Shown: positions 51,673 through 61,444, numbered from the whole stretch's first letter. The stretch: 63,062 nucleotides of DNA, filler included, from Candidatus Fermentibacterota bacterium (GCA_016928395.1; 5 parts of 5 records of this genome joined end to end with filler, not necessarily neighbours in it); one strand, 5' to 3'. Notes: generated by a model not told the origin, from the sequence alone. Program-made: numbers and translations.

Positions 51673-52197
51673 ATGGCCACCGACTTCGTCACCGGACGCC
51701 AGATCTATGAGCGCATGATTCGGGAGGCCATTCCCGCCGCGGAAGACTTCGTCTGGATTGCCACCGCCGACCTCAAGGATCTCCACGTCGCCAAGACGAA
51801 CCGAATGGTCCCCTTCCTGGAGACCCTCTCCGATCTCATCGAGCGAGGCGTCGCGGTTCGTCTGGTCCACGCGAAGGAACCCGGGCCGGCATTCCGGGAG
51901 GACTTTGATCGGTACCCAGCGCTCATCGAAGGACTGGAGCGCATGCTGTGTCCGAGGGTGCACTTCAAGACCGTGGTGGTCGACGGCCGCATCGCATACT
52001 GCGGCAGCGCGAACTTGACCGGGGCCGGCATGGGCGCCAAAAGCGATCATCGCCGCAACTTCGAAGCGGGGTTCATCACCACCGAGGCATCCCTCGTGCA
52101 GGCCATCATGGACCAATTCGATGAACTGTGGATGGGCTCCCATTGCCCCGAATGCGGCCGCACCGAGTACTGCGCCGAATTCCACGACCTGATCTAA
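51673..52197 (+). CDS. Single-HKD phospholipase D/nuclease family protein
   Basis: HFKTVVVDG...GSANLT...RNFEAG; Cys-rich C-terminus. Confidence 0.8.
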   Translation: MATDFVTGRQIYERMIREAIPAAEDFVWIATADLKDLHVAKTNRMVPFLETLSDLIERGVAVRLVHAKEPGPAFREDFDRYPALIEGLERMLCPRVHFKTVVVDGRIAYCGSANLTGAGMGAKSDHRRNFEAGFITTEASLVQAIMDQFDELWMGSHCPECGRTEYCAEFHDLI

Positions 52198-52322
52198 GGC
52201 GTGCTTCGCTCGCAGTCCTCAGTTGACTGTTCACTGTTCACAGTCGGCCTCCCCCTTTGGTGAAGGAGGATCGAGAGGGATTTCTTTTGTGGTGCAACGT
52301 GCTCGGCATTCCACGATCAGAA

Positions 52323-52532
52323 GACTGCCGACCGATTCGGCCCCGCAGGGCAAGGCACACCGTGGCGAGAGAATGCAGCTTCGCTTCGCCCGCAGGCGAC
52401 AGGGTTTAGGGTTCGGGGTTCAGCCCGGGCTGCCGACTGGCTACTGCCGACTGCCGACTGCCGACCGATTCGGCCCCGCAGGGCAAGGCACACCGTGGCG
52501 AGAGAATGAGGATCCTTCCCATTCTCTCGCCA
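52323..52532. repeat. Exact 53-bp direct repeat flanking heptamer arrays, plus a 13-bp inverted repeat
   Basis: Copies at 52323-52375 and 52456-52508; (gggttYR) and (ctgccga) heptamers between them; IR at 52496-52508/52520-52532. Confidence 0.9.
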
Positions 52533-52877
52533 CTCTCCGGCCTTCCTTTGAGTCCTTTGAGTCTTTGTGGTGAATTGCCTTCTCGGTGACCTCTGTGCCT
52601 GCTATGTTGATCTCAGTCAAGTCCTATCCGTCGGAGATCCTGTACGAACGTAGTTCACGCTGCGCTCGCAGTCATCGGTCCTCAGTACCGCCTGTCTCCT
52701 CACTTCTATCTCCCAATGATGCTTCAGCCGGTCTCGCGCCCAGGGAATGCCAGAGCCAATGGGTGATCCTGCTACCTCAGATCTACTCCGGTTAGGGTGG
52801 CCGATGAGTCGCCGAGTACGCGCAAGTGATCAACATCTATAGGTCACGCGAATGCTCGCCGAAAGCAATCTCCTTCC

Positions 52878-53198
52878 TCAGAGATCGAGCTGGGTGGAGA
52901 TCGCCCTGCCGATGCCCTGCATCTCATCCGACGTCAGGACACCTTCCTTGTTGATCAACCGCTTCGTGCTGACCGTTGTCACCTGGTCGGCCATTGCTTT
53001 GGATCGCTTTCCGCGGATGGTTACATAGGCCTCGCTGGGGTAGAGCCTCCCTGTTGAGCCGGTCAGCGGTACGACCTGAACGCGGTTAAGGAACTGGTTG
53101 GAGGCGTCGTTGCTCACAATCACCGCAGGACACAGTTTCCGGATCTCCCCCCCGACGGAAGAGGAGAAGTCGATCCACCAGACTTCACCCCTTTTCAT
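52878..53198 (-). CDS. PemK/MazF family toxin
   Basis: MKRGEVWW..F..SVGGEIRK..PAVIVSND..N...VVPLT and ADQVTTVS. Confidence 0.92.
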   Translation of the reverse strand: MKRGEVWWIDFSSSVGGEIRKLCPAVIVSNDASNQFLNRVQVVPLTGSTGRLYPSEAYVTIRGKRSKAMADQVTTVSTKRLINKEGVLTSDEMQGIGRAISTQLDL

Positions 53199-53415
53199 CG
53201 TGCACATCCTGGCATGTCGCGTCTGACCACTCCTCTGCCTCCGCTTCGCGAACCGAGTCCGCGGCCATCGCCCGGTACGCTTCATAGAGGTCCTTTCTTA
53301 CCACGTGTGGCCGCACAAGGTCCTCTATGAACCGGCTTATCTTCCGGGGGGGGATTGCCTCCTTCAGCCCATCATAGACCTCTTCGGACACGGTCAAGGT
53401 CAGCTTCTTCTGCAT
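53185..53415 (-). CDS. Cognate antitoxin (RHH-like)
   Basis: MQKKLTLTVSEEVY...AYRAMAAD..RE.EA.EW; overlaps the toxin start; GGAGG RBS. Confidence 0.82.
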   Translation of the reverse strand: MQKKLTLTVSEEVYDGLKEAIPPRKISRFIEDLVRPHVVRKDLYEAYRAMAADSVREAEAEEWSDATCQDVHDEKG

Positions 53416-53447
53416 GGCATCACCTCCGCTCTGCAACACGCGCCTCG

Positions 53448-53463
53448 TGCAAAGCCCGTTCCA
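53448..53463 (-). promoter_or_regulatory. Possible sigma54 promoter of the MazF-type TA pair
   Basis: TGGAACGGGCTTTGCA (GG-N10-GC), 32 nt upstream of the antitoxin ATG. Confidence 0.4.
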
Positions 53464-53536
53464 TCGGGTGGTCGGAACGAAGCCCCGCACCCGCAGGTGC
53501 GGGGTCAAACCCAGTCCTCCAGAAGACAGGCGAGAC

Positions 53537-53575
53537 AACCCGCATACCAGGGATGGTGGGGCGACCTCCGTGCAG
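53537..53575 (-). pseudogene. Possible remnant of a DUF433-type antitoxin
   Basis: LHGGRPTIPGMRV resembles the DUF433 xGGxPxIxGxRI motif; the flanks do not continue the family pattern. Confidence 0.3.
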
Positions 53576-54442
53576 TCCGAAGGAGTTCTCCAAGAGCCTC
53601 ACACGTATACTACACGTGTAACTCGGAAGCGTCAAGGACGAGTGGCTAAGTGGCGAGGGTAGTCTGCGAGATGTCAACGAAGGCGGAGATGAGACTCCGC
53701 GCACGAGCGAGTCTGCTCTCACTGGTGAGAGGTAACTTGACATTGACCAACGTCATATGCCAGCCCGTGCGCTGTCGGGCTCACATGGCGAAAGCGACGG
53801 GCGACCGGCCAGTGGGCGAACCCACTGCCCGGACTGCCGCCCCCGAGCGGCCCGCCTGAGCAGTCCCAAGATTATGGATTCAAGGTTTGATAATCATAGA
53901 GAGGGCAATTTCGGTGTGACAGGTCGGTGGGTAGGGCCGAGATTGGTTTCTAGGCAAGAGAGGAGGCGAGATTCTCTCGTGTCTGATTCGTCTATGCCGC
54001 GAGCCACACCAGGGTTGGGACACAACCATGAGATCTGAACTACCACCTGGGCCACGGCATGGAACCGATGATCATCTGGGGTCCAGACAGACCAGGGGCC
54101 GTGAGGAGAGCCATATCGCCCTATACGAGCCTTGAGCTCGATGGGTGACTGGCGCGGATCAGCAGAAGCTGATCGCTACCCCATCTGAGAGATGTACGGG
54201 TGCGATGAACGACGAGGGATTCGAACCTACCTTCTGGAGTAGAGGAGGTCGCGGAAGCAGACCGTTGTCTTCGGAAGGAGAGGCGTTCTTCCCCTTGACC
54301 CGCCCTCTAATGGGTGACCCCACGGACACCGCCCGACGACGGAGAACTACATGCTACGCAGCAGTGTATCCGTCACACGGACCACTTGATGACTGGAGAC
54401 ATAGAATATCCCCAGACCCGCTCTGACATGAGGCAACGAAAG

Positions 54443-54748
54443 CTACATCGCAACCGAGTGCGCGCGAACTTCCCGGTCCAGTCTCCCGCCGAGTTCATCC
54501 GTCGCTACGTCCAGATCGTAGTCTGCCTGTAGTCCGAGCCAGAACTGCGGGGTGGTGCCGAAGTACCGGGCGAGTCGGAGCGCGGTCTCAGCGGTCACCC
54601 GGCGCTTGCCAAGGACGATCTCATTGATACGCCTCGGCGGCACGCCGATGCTGAGTGCCAGTCGATTCTGGCTGAGTTCGAGCGGCTTCAAGAACTCCTC
54701 CAACAGCACCTCGCCAGGGTGCACGGGAGCGAGTTTGCGCTGTGTCAT
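54443..54748 (-). CDS. higA: HigA family antitoxin (HTH XRE)
   Basis: PVHPGEVLLEEFL, RINEIVLGKRRVT and FWLGLQADYDL. Confidence 0.95.
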   Translation of the reverse strand: MTQRKLAPVHPGEVLLEEFLKPLELSQNRLALSIGVPPRRINEIVLGKRRVTAETALRLARYFGTTPQFWLGLQADYDLDVATDELGGRLDREVRAHSVAM

Positions 54749-54761
54749 GGTCGGTATCCCT

Positions 54762-55043
54762 TCAGTGGTTGTCCACGATTTCGACGTCATAGGCGTCGCC
54801 GTCCCGCCAGACGAAGCACACCCGCCACTGATCATTGATGCGGATGTTATGCTGACCTTGACGGCTGCCTGACAGCTTCTCAAGGCGATTCGCCGGCGGA
54901 CTCCGCAAGTCATTCACGGAGTGCGCGTTGTTGAGCATGCGCAGCTTCCGAAGCGCCACCGATTGGATGTCTCCCGGCAGCCTCCGAGAAAACTCGCGAT
55001 TGAAGATCTTCGCAGTTTCGGAATCGGCGAATGACTTGATCAT
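54762..55043 (-). CDS. higB: HigB/RelE family toxin
   Basis: MIKSF...LRSPPANRLEKL.G...IRINDQWRVCF...VEIVDNH. Confidence 0.95.
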   Translation of the reverse strand: MIKSFADSETAKIFNREFSRRLPGDIQSVALRKLRMLNNAHSVNDLRSPPANRLEKLSGSRQGQHNIRINDQWRVCFVWRDGDAYDVEIVDNH

Positions 55044-55054
55044 CAGTGCATGAT

Positions 55055-55085
55055 ATAACGCGAGACGTTAAACGTCCAGCGTTAT
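55055..55085. promoter_or_regulatory. Palindromic operator upstream of higBA
   Basis: ATAACGC-ga-GACGT-taa-ACGTC-ca-GCGTTAT, 11 nt from the higB ATG. Confidence 0.7.
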
Positions 55086-55533
55086 GGTGTGTGGCAACTC
55101 GCTGCTCTGGCGGAGCCTGGGACACACTGCTTCTTCGCGCAGCGAGCACATCGGGGTTCGCATCAATCGGCGCGCTCGACCGTGTCGGGCTCAGCTCGAA
55201 AGTTGACAACTTGACCACGTCCCCACACCGATCCCACTCGGCCGACCTGGGTCACGGAGTAACATTCGGCCTGCTTCAACTGGTCCGGAAGTCTTATCTG
55301 GCGGCTCCGTCGCTCAGTAAGTTGATATTTTACCTACGTCCCTAGCCCCGCTCCCTGGGCTGCTCCTCTAAACCGGCTCATCCAGAGGGAACATCGAGGT
55401 CCACGACGTTGGCCTGGAGCATCTGCCGCATGCCGGCGGCCCCGCAGTCCGCGCGTGTGATCACTGAGGTTTGACGATCTGTCAGGCGGAGATAGTTTAT
55501 ACGGTGGACACATACACAGACAGGAGGATTGCC

Positions 55534-55734
55534 TTGACTCGACTCCGAGAGATCGAGACCGCAGTTGAGACTCTGCAAGATGACGAATATGGCGACTTTC
55601 GGGAATGGTTCCGCGCGTACGACTGGGCGAAATGGGATCGTCAGATAGAGTCTGACTCGAAGGCCGGACGGCTCGCGCTCCTCGTCCGCGAGGCGCAGGA
55701 CGCCAAGGATCAAGGGACCCTGACCCCCCTGTGA
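55534..55734 (+). CDS. Small putative antitoxin
   Basis: TTG start after AGGAGG; acidic protein (FREWF...WDRQIE.D..AGRL); GTGA overlap with the downstream toxin. Confidence 0.75.
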   Translation: MTRLREIETAVETLQDDEYGDFREWFRAYDWAKWDRQIESDSKAGRLALLVREAQDAKDQGTLTPL

Positions 55735-55994
55735 CGCACCGGGCCACAGAGGCATTCTGGCGCCGTTACCGTGCGCTACCCGCGGACACCCAAACCCCTG
55801 CTGACAAAGCTTTCCAACTCATCCAGGCGAATCCGCGGCATCCGTCCCTGCAGTTCAAGCGAGTTGGCGACTTCTGGTCTGCGCGAATCGATTCGGCCCA
55901 CCGTGCGCTCGCGGTCCCCAACGGAGAGGATTTCATCTGGGTCTGGGTCGGTTCCCACGATGAATACGAGCGACTGATCAGAAGCCGCTCATAG
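55731..55994 (+). CDS. RelE/ParE-like toxin
   Basis: FW..Y..LP....ADKAF....NPRHPSLQFKRV..WSARI...HRALA...W.WVGSHDEY. Confidence 0.85.
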   Translation: MTHRATEAFWRRYRALPADTQTPADKAFQLIQANPRHPSLQFKRVGDFWSARIDSAHRALAVPNGEDFIWVWVGSHDEYERLIRSRS

Positions 55995-56674
55995 CTGGTT
56001 GCTCGAAGTGGTGTCCAGCCGTCCTACCTTTCGTTCCTGATTTCGAACGTGGTCCAGCATCCAGAGGCAACGGGCTTCCAAGAGGCACTGTTGGGTCATT
56101 CACTCGCCATTGTCAGCCATTGGGTGCTGGGTTTCGGGCTTAGGATTTCCTCCTTGTGCCGCCCTCGCTGATCCTTGCCTCCGTGGCCTAGCCACACCGT
56201 GGTCGGCGCAGTCGACACTGGCCACCGAGGTGCGTTCCGCGCACACGGCGGTCCGTACAGCGGCACTGTCTCCTGACGCCCTAAGCCTGCGCCGGCGAAG
56301 GATTATGGTGACCTTGTGGACATGGAATGCGAGCTCCGCACGTATGAACTTGTGCGCCCAGGCATTACCAGTGAACCACGCGGAGCCAGGGCTTGGCATG
56401 TGACAATCCAGTTGTGATCGAGGGCCGTGGATTGGACCGGCACCCGTGGCAGAGTATTGAGCCACAAGGCTTCTGAGGGTCGGCAGAATGAGCCGCGGCT
56501 GGACCGAGAACAGGTTCGGACGGCACTATTCTAACATGAGAATAGCGGTCAGTGTCGGCCCAGTCTTAGCCGGAGCCCTCGGCGGGAGCCGAGGATCGTC
56601 GCGGCGAGCAGGAGTGGAGGATGTGCGATCCGATCGTGTTCATCACGGCCCCGGGTGAAGGTGTCTTTTGAGTG

Positions 56675-56703
56675 AGGAGATAGGAGTAAGGAGTGAGGAG
56701 ATG
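56675..56703 (+). repeat. (AGGAGnn)4 heptamer block identical to 39900-39928
   Basis: 29-bp exact match aggagataggagtaaggagtgaggagatg. Confidence 0.85.
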
Positions 56704-56740
56704 AAGAAGTCAAGGGGTGAAGGGGCTAAGAGGGAAAGAA

Positions 56741-56840
56741 NNNNNNNNNNNNNNNNNNNNNNNNNNNNNNNNNNNNNNNNNNNNTTAATTAATTAANNNN
56801 NNNNNNNNNNNNNNNNNNNNNNNNNNNNNNNNNNNNNNNN
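56741..56840. other. Artificial contig linker
   Basis: N-TTAATTAATTAA-N. Confidence 0.99.
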
Positions 56841-58123
56841 CTGGCGCACGCTCTGCGCCGGCTGTAGAAGCTATCGTGCGCCTCGAGCTGAAGGCTCTGC
56901 AACTCGGCGGGCGTCATGCGGGCAGGCTGGAAGGTAACGTGGTGGCCGTCGTACAGCGACCAGTCGGTGAACAGGATACGGCCCTGTTGCTTCAATTCAT
57001 CGTACACGCGTGTCCCCGGAAAGGGGGCCAGGATGAGGAACTGGGCCGAAGAGACTCCCGCGCGTTTTGCCCACTTCACCGTCGACCGGATCGAGTCGGG
57101 AGTGTCGGTATCCATGCCCAAGATGAACATGCCGTGCACGGGGATTCTGTGCCGCCTGAATTGCACCATGGCATCCCGAATTTCCTCAGCCGACTGGTGC
57201 TTGTTCATTGCATCCAGAGTCTCGGGATTCACGGATTCGATCCCCGCGAACACGGTGATGCAACCCGCCCGGCGCATGAGAGAAAGCAGGGCGTGATCGC
57301 GGGCAACCTCGACGCGAACCTGGGCCGACCACGTGAGCCCCGGCAGCTCGGCGGCGATTCGTTCCAGCAAATCGGTGAACCACCGGGTATTGGCCGCAAG
57401 ATTGTCATCGTAGAAGAACACGCTCCGTTTTCGTTCGTAGTGAATGCGAAGCTCCTCCATGACCCGTTCCACACTTCGGAACCTGAACCTGCGACCGAAC
57501 ATGCCGGTCACGCAACAGAAAGAGCAATCATGCGGGCACCCCCGCGATGCCTCAACCGGCGCAATGGAAAAGCGCAGAACGCGCCTTTTGAGATCAAATC
57601 CTCGGACAAGCCCCAGATCGGGGATGGGAAGATCATCCAGAGATGACGGGTGGGGTGCCCGTTGCGGGCTTTGCGAGCCCGCGGTCAGGACGCCAGGAAT
57701 GTCGTCGACCGGCTCTCCAACGGCCAGCCGCTGAAACAGCTCCGGCGCAATGCGCTCGGCCTCTCCCAGCACGACGCAGTTGGCGTGCTCCAGCGCCTCC
57801 TGGGGTGCATAGGTCACGTGGGGGCCGCCCATGACGACCGGCTTGCCCAAGCGCCGCGCAAGATCGGCGAAGCCATAGGCACGGGGCGCCGTCGAAGTCG
57901 TGGCGGTGATGCCGACGACGTCTGCGGCGGCGATCCGCTCCACACCCACGGGCTCGATCTGCTCGAACAGAACTTCCGTCGCGAACCCTTCACGTTCGAG
58001 CATGGTGGCCAAGATGACGGTGCCGAGCCGTGGAAGCGGGTACAGGCTGAAGATGTGGCAATCGGGCGCTCTGGGCTCGATGAAGACAACTCGCGCACTA
58101 GCCTTGATCCTTTGGATACTCAT
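56841..58123 (-). CDS. B12-binding domain radical SAM protein (3' truncated)
   Basis: VVGIT, VVMGGPHVT, GEAE, SRGCPHDCSFC, FYDDN, GIES and PFPGT. Confidence 0.9.
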
Positions 58124-58169
58124 CGTGCCCTCCTGCAGCCCTCTGCTGCGTCGCGTGAGGTCTCTACGG

Positions 58170-58922
58170 TCATTTCCCATCTCGCTGAGTCTTCTGGTGC
58201 TTGTTCCACAGGGAACGGCAGACGGCGATCGCCTTGCCCCGTCGCTTCATCAGGTCGTCCAGCCGTTTCGCGCTGGCGGTCACCCGGTCAATGCGCTCCT
58301 TGAGGCTGCTGCTCTGCATCTCCAGAATCTCGATCTCCCCAGGAGTGGGGGCTTTCTTGAAGGCCTCGACCAAGTTCTCCGGCTCATCCAGAATGCCCTT
58401 GACCGCCCGTATCTCCTCGAGGCTGTAGCCGACGTTCTGCAGGTCGATGATCCGACGGCAGCGATCCGCCATGGCCGGCCCGTAGAGCCTGAATCCCCCT
58501 TCCGATCTCGCGTCCGGCTCCAGAAGCTCCTTGTCTTCCCAGTGCTTGATGGTGCGGGGATTCACCTCGCAGGCCTGGGCCAGCTCGCCTACGGTCCGCA
58601 GCTTCTCGGGCACGACGCCGCCGGATCCCTCCGCGGCGGGCAGGCCCACCTTGCGAACGATCCGGGACACCTTGTCCTCGTCATAGCCCAGAGCCAACAG
58701 TGAGCGGATCGTTTGGACAATCTCCACCTGGGCACTGGAGAACAGCGCTGCCTTCCCTGCCGTACGCCCGGCGGGCACTAGCAGGCCAAGCTTGAGCCAC
58801 GTGGCCATCTCCTCGTCGCTCATGCCGGCCTTCTGCGTGAACTCCTCGTGAGAGAGGATGAAACCGTCAGTCATGTCTCGGGGGCTCCCTTCTTTGACGG
58901 CGCTGATTATCTGTTGCATCAT
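58170..58922 (-). CDS. MerR family regulator with two tandem HTH domains
   Basis: First HTH W.KLGLL.P..R...LFS; second TVGELA..C.V..RTIKHWE...LL.P..RS.GGFRLY; C-terminal coiled coil. Confidence 0.85.
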   Translation of the reverse strand: MMQQIISAVKEGSPRDMTDGFILSHEEFTQKAGMSDEEMATWLKLGLLVPAGRTAGKAALFSSAQVEIVQTIRSLLALGYDEDKVSRIVRKVGLPAAEGSGGVVPEKLRTVGELAQACEVNPRTIKHWEDKELLEPDARSEGGFRLYGPAMADRCRRIIDLQNVGYSLEEIRAVKGILDEPENLVEAFKKAPTPGEIEILEMQSSSLKERIDRVTASAKRLDDLMKRRGKAIAVCRSLWNKHQKTQRDGK

Positions 58923-58925
58923 GTT

Positions 58926-58969
58926 CCTATACGTATAGGTCTGCTTTGCTATTTGTCAAGAGCAAATAG
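58926..58969 (-). promoter_or_regulatory. merR promoter with palindromic operator(s)
   Basis: TTGACA (58959-58954) plus TATACG; perfect 14-bp palindrome CCTATACGTATAGG at 58926-58939; IR CTATTTG-7-CAAATAG at 58949-58969. Confidence 0.65.
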
Positions 58970-59035
58970 TGTCACTCTGTCTTCGGCGCATACGGTTTTC
59001 TCCCCCTTGACCTGCGTCTGGATCACCTCAGGGCA

Positions 59036-59063
59036 TTGACAAGCTCCTCGGACGGCGCATACT
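59036..59063 (+). promoter_or_regulatory. Putative sigma70 promoter of fadD
   Basis: TTGACA-16 nt-CATACT. Confidence 0.5.
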
Positions 59064-59184
59064 CCCGACATCCTTCGGAGCGAGTTCGCGTTGGAAGCGG
59101 CACATACCGTGCCGCGATCCCCATGCCTGTGATCTCGCGGAGCACATGGCCCGCGGGGCACCGTCAGTTGAAAGGGGTTCGAGT

Positions 59185-60843
59185 ATGCTCTCTGAGAACT
59201 TCGTCACCACCCTCGGGGACAGCATGCGGAGGAACTGGCAGCTCCCGGCCTTTTCCAACTACGGTGAAGACAGCATCACGTACGCCCAGGTTGCCGATCG
59301 AATCGTGTGGTTCCAGAGACTACTGCGGGATGCGGGCGTGAAGCCGGGCGACAAGGTCGCGATCGTGGGGCGGAATTCGACGAACTGGGCGCTCACCTAC
59401 CTCGCCACGATCACCTATGGGGCCGTGATTGTCCCCATACTCTCCGATTTCCATTCCGACGACATACACCACATCGTGAATCATTCGGATTCGGTGCTAT
59501 TCCTGGCCGGCGATGTGATATTCGAGAAGCTTGATCCCGAGCGCATTCCGAACGTGAGGGGTATACTCTCCCTTGTTGACTTCACCGTCTTGCACGATCG
59601 GGATGGAACCCTGGGCAACGCGCGTGCCCACGCGACCGGCCACTATCTGGATGATTTAGGCGGAGCGCTAACGCCGCAGAACTTGTCTCTGGCCGAGGTG
59701 GGGAATACAGACCTGGCCGCCATCGTCTACACTTCGGGCACCACCGGATTCTCCAAGGGTGTCATGCTCCCCCACAACAGCCTGATCGCCAACGTCAAAT
59801 TCGCCCGGGAGCACCTGCCGCTGGGTTCGGGCGACCCCATGGTATCGTTCATGCCGCTGGCCCACTCCTACGGCTGTGCCTTCGAGTTCCTGTATCCCTT
59901 CTCCGTGGGGTGCCATGTCACCTTTCTGGGCAGGATCCCCTCGCCCAAGGTGATCATTCAGGCGTTTCAGGCCATCCATCCTCGCCTGATCCTCGCGGTT
60001 CCTCTGATTCTTGAGAAGATCTACCGAAAGCAACTCAAGCCGGTCATCGATAAGCCGACCATGAAACTGCTTCTCAAGGTGCCGCTGGTTGATGGGGCGA
60101 TTGCCGGGAAAATCTGTCGCAAGCTGAGCCTTGTCTTCGGCGGCAACTTCGAGGAGATGGTTATCGGGGGCGCGGCACTGAACCCCGACGTGGAAGCCTT
60201 CCTCAAGAGGATCAAGTTCCCCATCACGGTGGGCTACGGCATGACCGAATTCGGCCCGCTGATCAGCTATGCCGGTTGGAAAGAGCATCGGCCCCAGTCT
60301 GTGGGCCCCGTGATCGACACCCTGGAGGTGAAGATCGATTCCGAAGATCCTCGCAACGTCGTGGGCGAGATCTGCGTGCGCGGTGAGAACGCGATGTGTG
60401 GCTACTATAAGAACGAGGAAGCAACCGCCCAGGCTATCGACAAAGACGGGTGGATCCACACGGGAGACCTCGGCATCATTGACGAGGATGGGTTCATCTA
60501 CATCAAGGGTAGATCCAAGGACATGATCCTGGGCCCCTCTGGGCAGAACATCTACCCCGACGAAATCGAGGCCAAGCTCAATAATATGCCCTATGTGCAG
60601 GAATCGCTGGTCCTAGACAAGGACGGCAAGCTCTATGCCCTGGTGTATCCCGATCTGGAGATGGTGGACTCGGAGAAACTCTCGGAGGCCGATGTCAAGG
60701 CGAAGATGGAGGAGAACCGGAGGGCGCTGAATCAGATGCTACCGGCCTACAGCGTCGTCACCCGGATCGACTTGTACCCCGAGGAATTCGCCAAGACCCC
60801 GACAAAGAAGATCAAGCGCTACCTGTACCGAGTTCCGGCATAG
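59185..60843 (+). CDS. fadD: Long-chain fatty-acid--CoA ligase (AMP-binding enzyme)
   Basis: YTSGTTGFSKGVML, GYGMTE, HTGDLG, GRSKD and KTPTKKIKR. Confidence 0.9.
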   Translation: MLSENFVTTLGDSMRRNWQLPAFSNYGEDSITYAQVADRIVWFQRLLRDAGVKPGDKVAIVGRNSTNWALTYLATITYGAVIVPILSDFHSDDIHHIVNHSDSVLFLAGDVIFEKLDPERIPNVRGILSLVDFTVLHDRDGTLGNARAHATGHYLDDLGGALTPQNLSLAEVGNTDLAAIVYTSGTTGFSKGVMLPHNSLIANVKFAREHLPLGSGDPMVSFMPLAHSYGCAFEFLYPFSVGCHVTFLGRIPSPKVIIQAFQAIHPRLILAVPLILEKIYRKQLKPVIDKPTMKLLLKVPLVDGAIAGKICRKLSLVFGGNFEEMVIGGAALNPDVEAFLKRIKFPITVGYGMTEFGPLISYAGWKEHRPQSVGPVIDTLEVKIDSEDPRNVVGEICVRGENAMCGYYKNEEATAQAIDKDGWIHTGDLGIIDEDGFIYIKGRSKDMILGPSGQNIYPDEIEAKLNNMPYVQESLVLDKDGKLYALVYPDLEMVDSEKLSEADVKAKMEENRRALNQMLPAYSVVTRIDLYPEEFAKTPTKKIKRYLYRVPA

Positions 60844-61140
60844 CGCCTCGCGCGATGAGCCGTCGCGCCATCGAAGAGCAAGCGAGCGGGCAAAGAGGAG
60901 CGTGCAGAGGCAGTGTAGGAGGGCCTTCAGGCCCGACAGGGGTGGCGTGTCGCGGCTGAAGCCGGCTGCCCGCGCACCTGTGCAATACCGACGGCTCGAT
61001 CTCATGCTCCGCGTGGGAACCTCTGCTCCCCTGTGAAGTTACAGCGTAGTTGTCAGTTGTCTGCGGGTTTTGCCCTTTTGAGAGAGCCTTGTCCCAGCAT
61101 TCGCCGGTGCGGGAGCAACTGCCCTCCCGTTGTTCCGTTC

Positions 61141-61200
61141 GTAGGGGAGGGCGTCTCTGCCCTCCCGTGGTTTCGGGCGACCAGGGGCGGTCGCCCCTAC
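61141..61200. repeat. Inverted pair of GTAG-type REPs (BIME/REPIN-like)
   Basis: GTAG-GGGAGGGC-GTCTCT-GCCCTCCC (61141-61166) and GGGCGACC-AGGGGC-GGTCGCCC-CTAC (61175-61200). Confidence 0.85.
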
Positions 61201-61263
61201 GAGGTTGGGTTGACAGTGTTGCCCGAATGAACTGAACGGTAACTTCACTTCATGCGGCACGCA

Positions 61264-61373
61264 TCACCCTCATCCCCGCCTTCTCCCACGCGGGGAGAAG
61301 GGGTGGTGTTCGACTCCGCTTCGTGGGTGCACAGACCATCCCCTCTACCGGGGGAGAGAGTGAGGGTGAGGGC
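61264..61373. repeat. Inverted pair of CCCTC-rich palindromic elements
   Basis: caccctcatccccgccttctccc..gggagaagg and ccctctacc.gggggagagagtgagggtgaggg. Confidence 0.6.
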
Positions 61374-61444
61374 GCATGATGCCGGATGCGCCGTACTCTC
61401 AACCCTGAGAATTCTGAGGGAGCCCGGCGTCCTCAGAGGCCGCA

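Noticed and set aside
53620-56700. Integron cassette array (attC sites) around the TA genes
   Set aside because: The imperfect hairpins near 53745-53790 and 56490-56550 lack paired RYYYAAC/GTTRRRY ends, and no intI is present.
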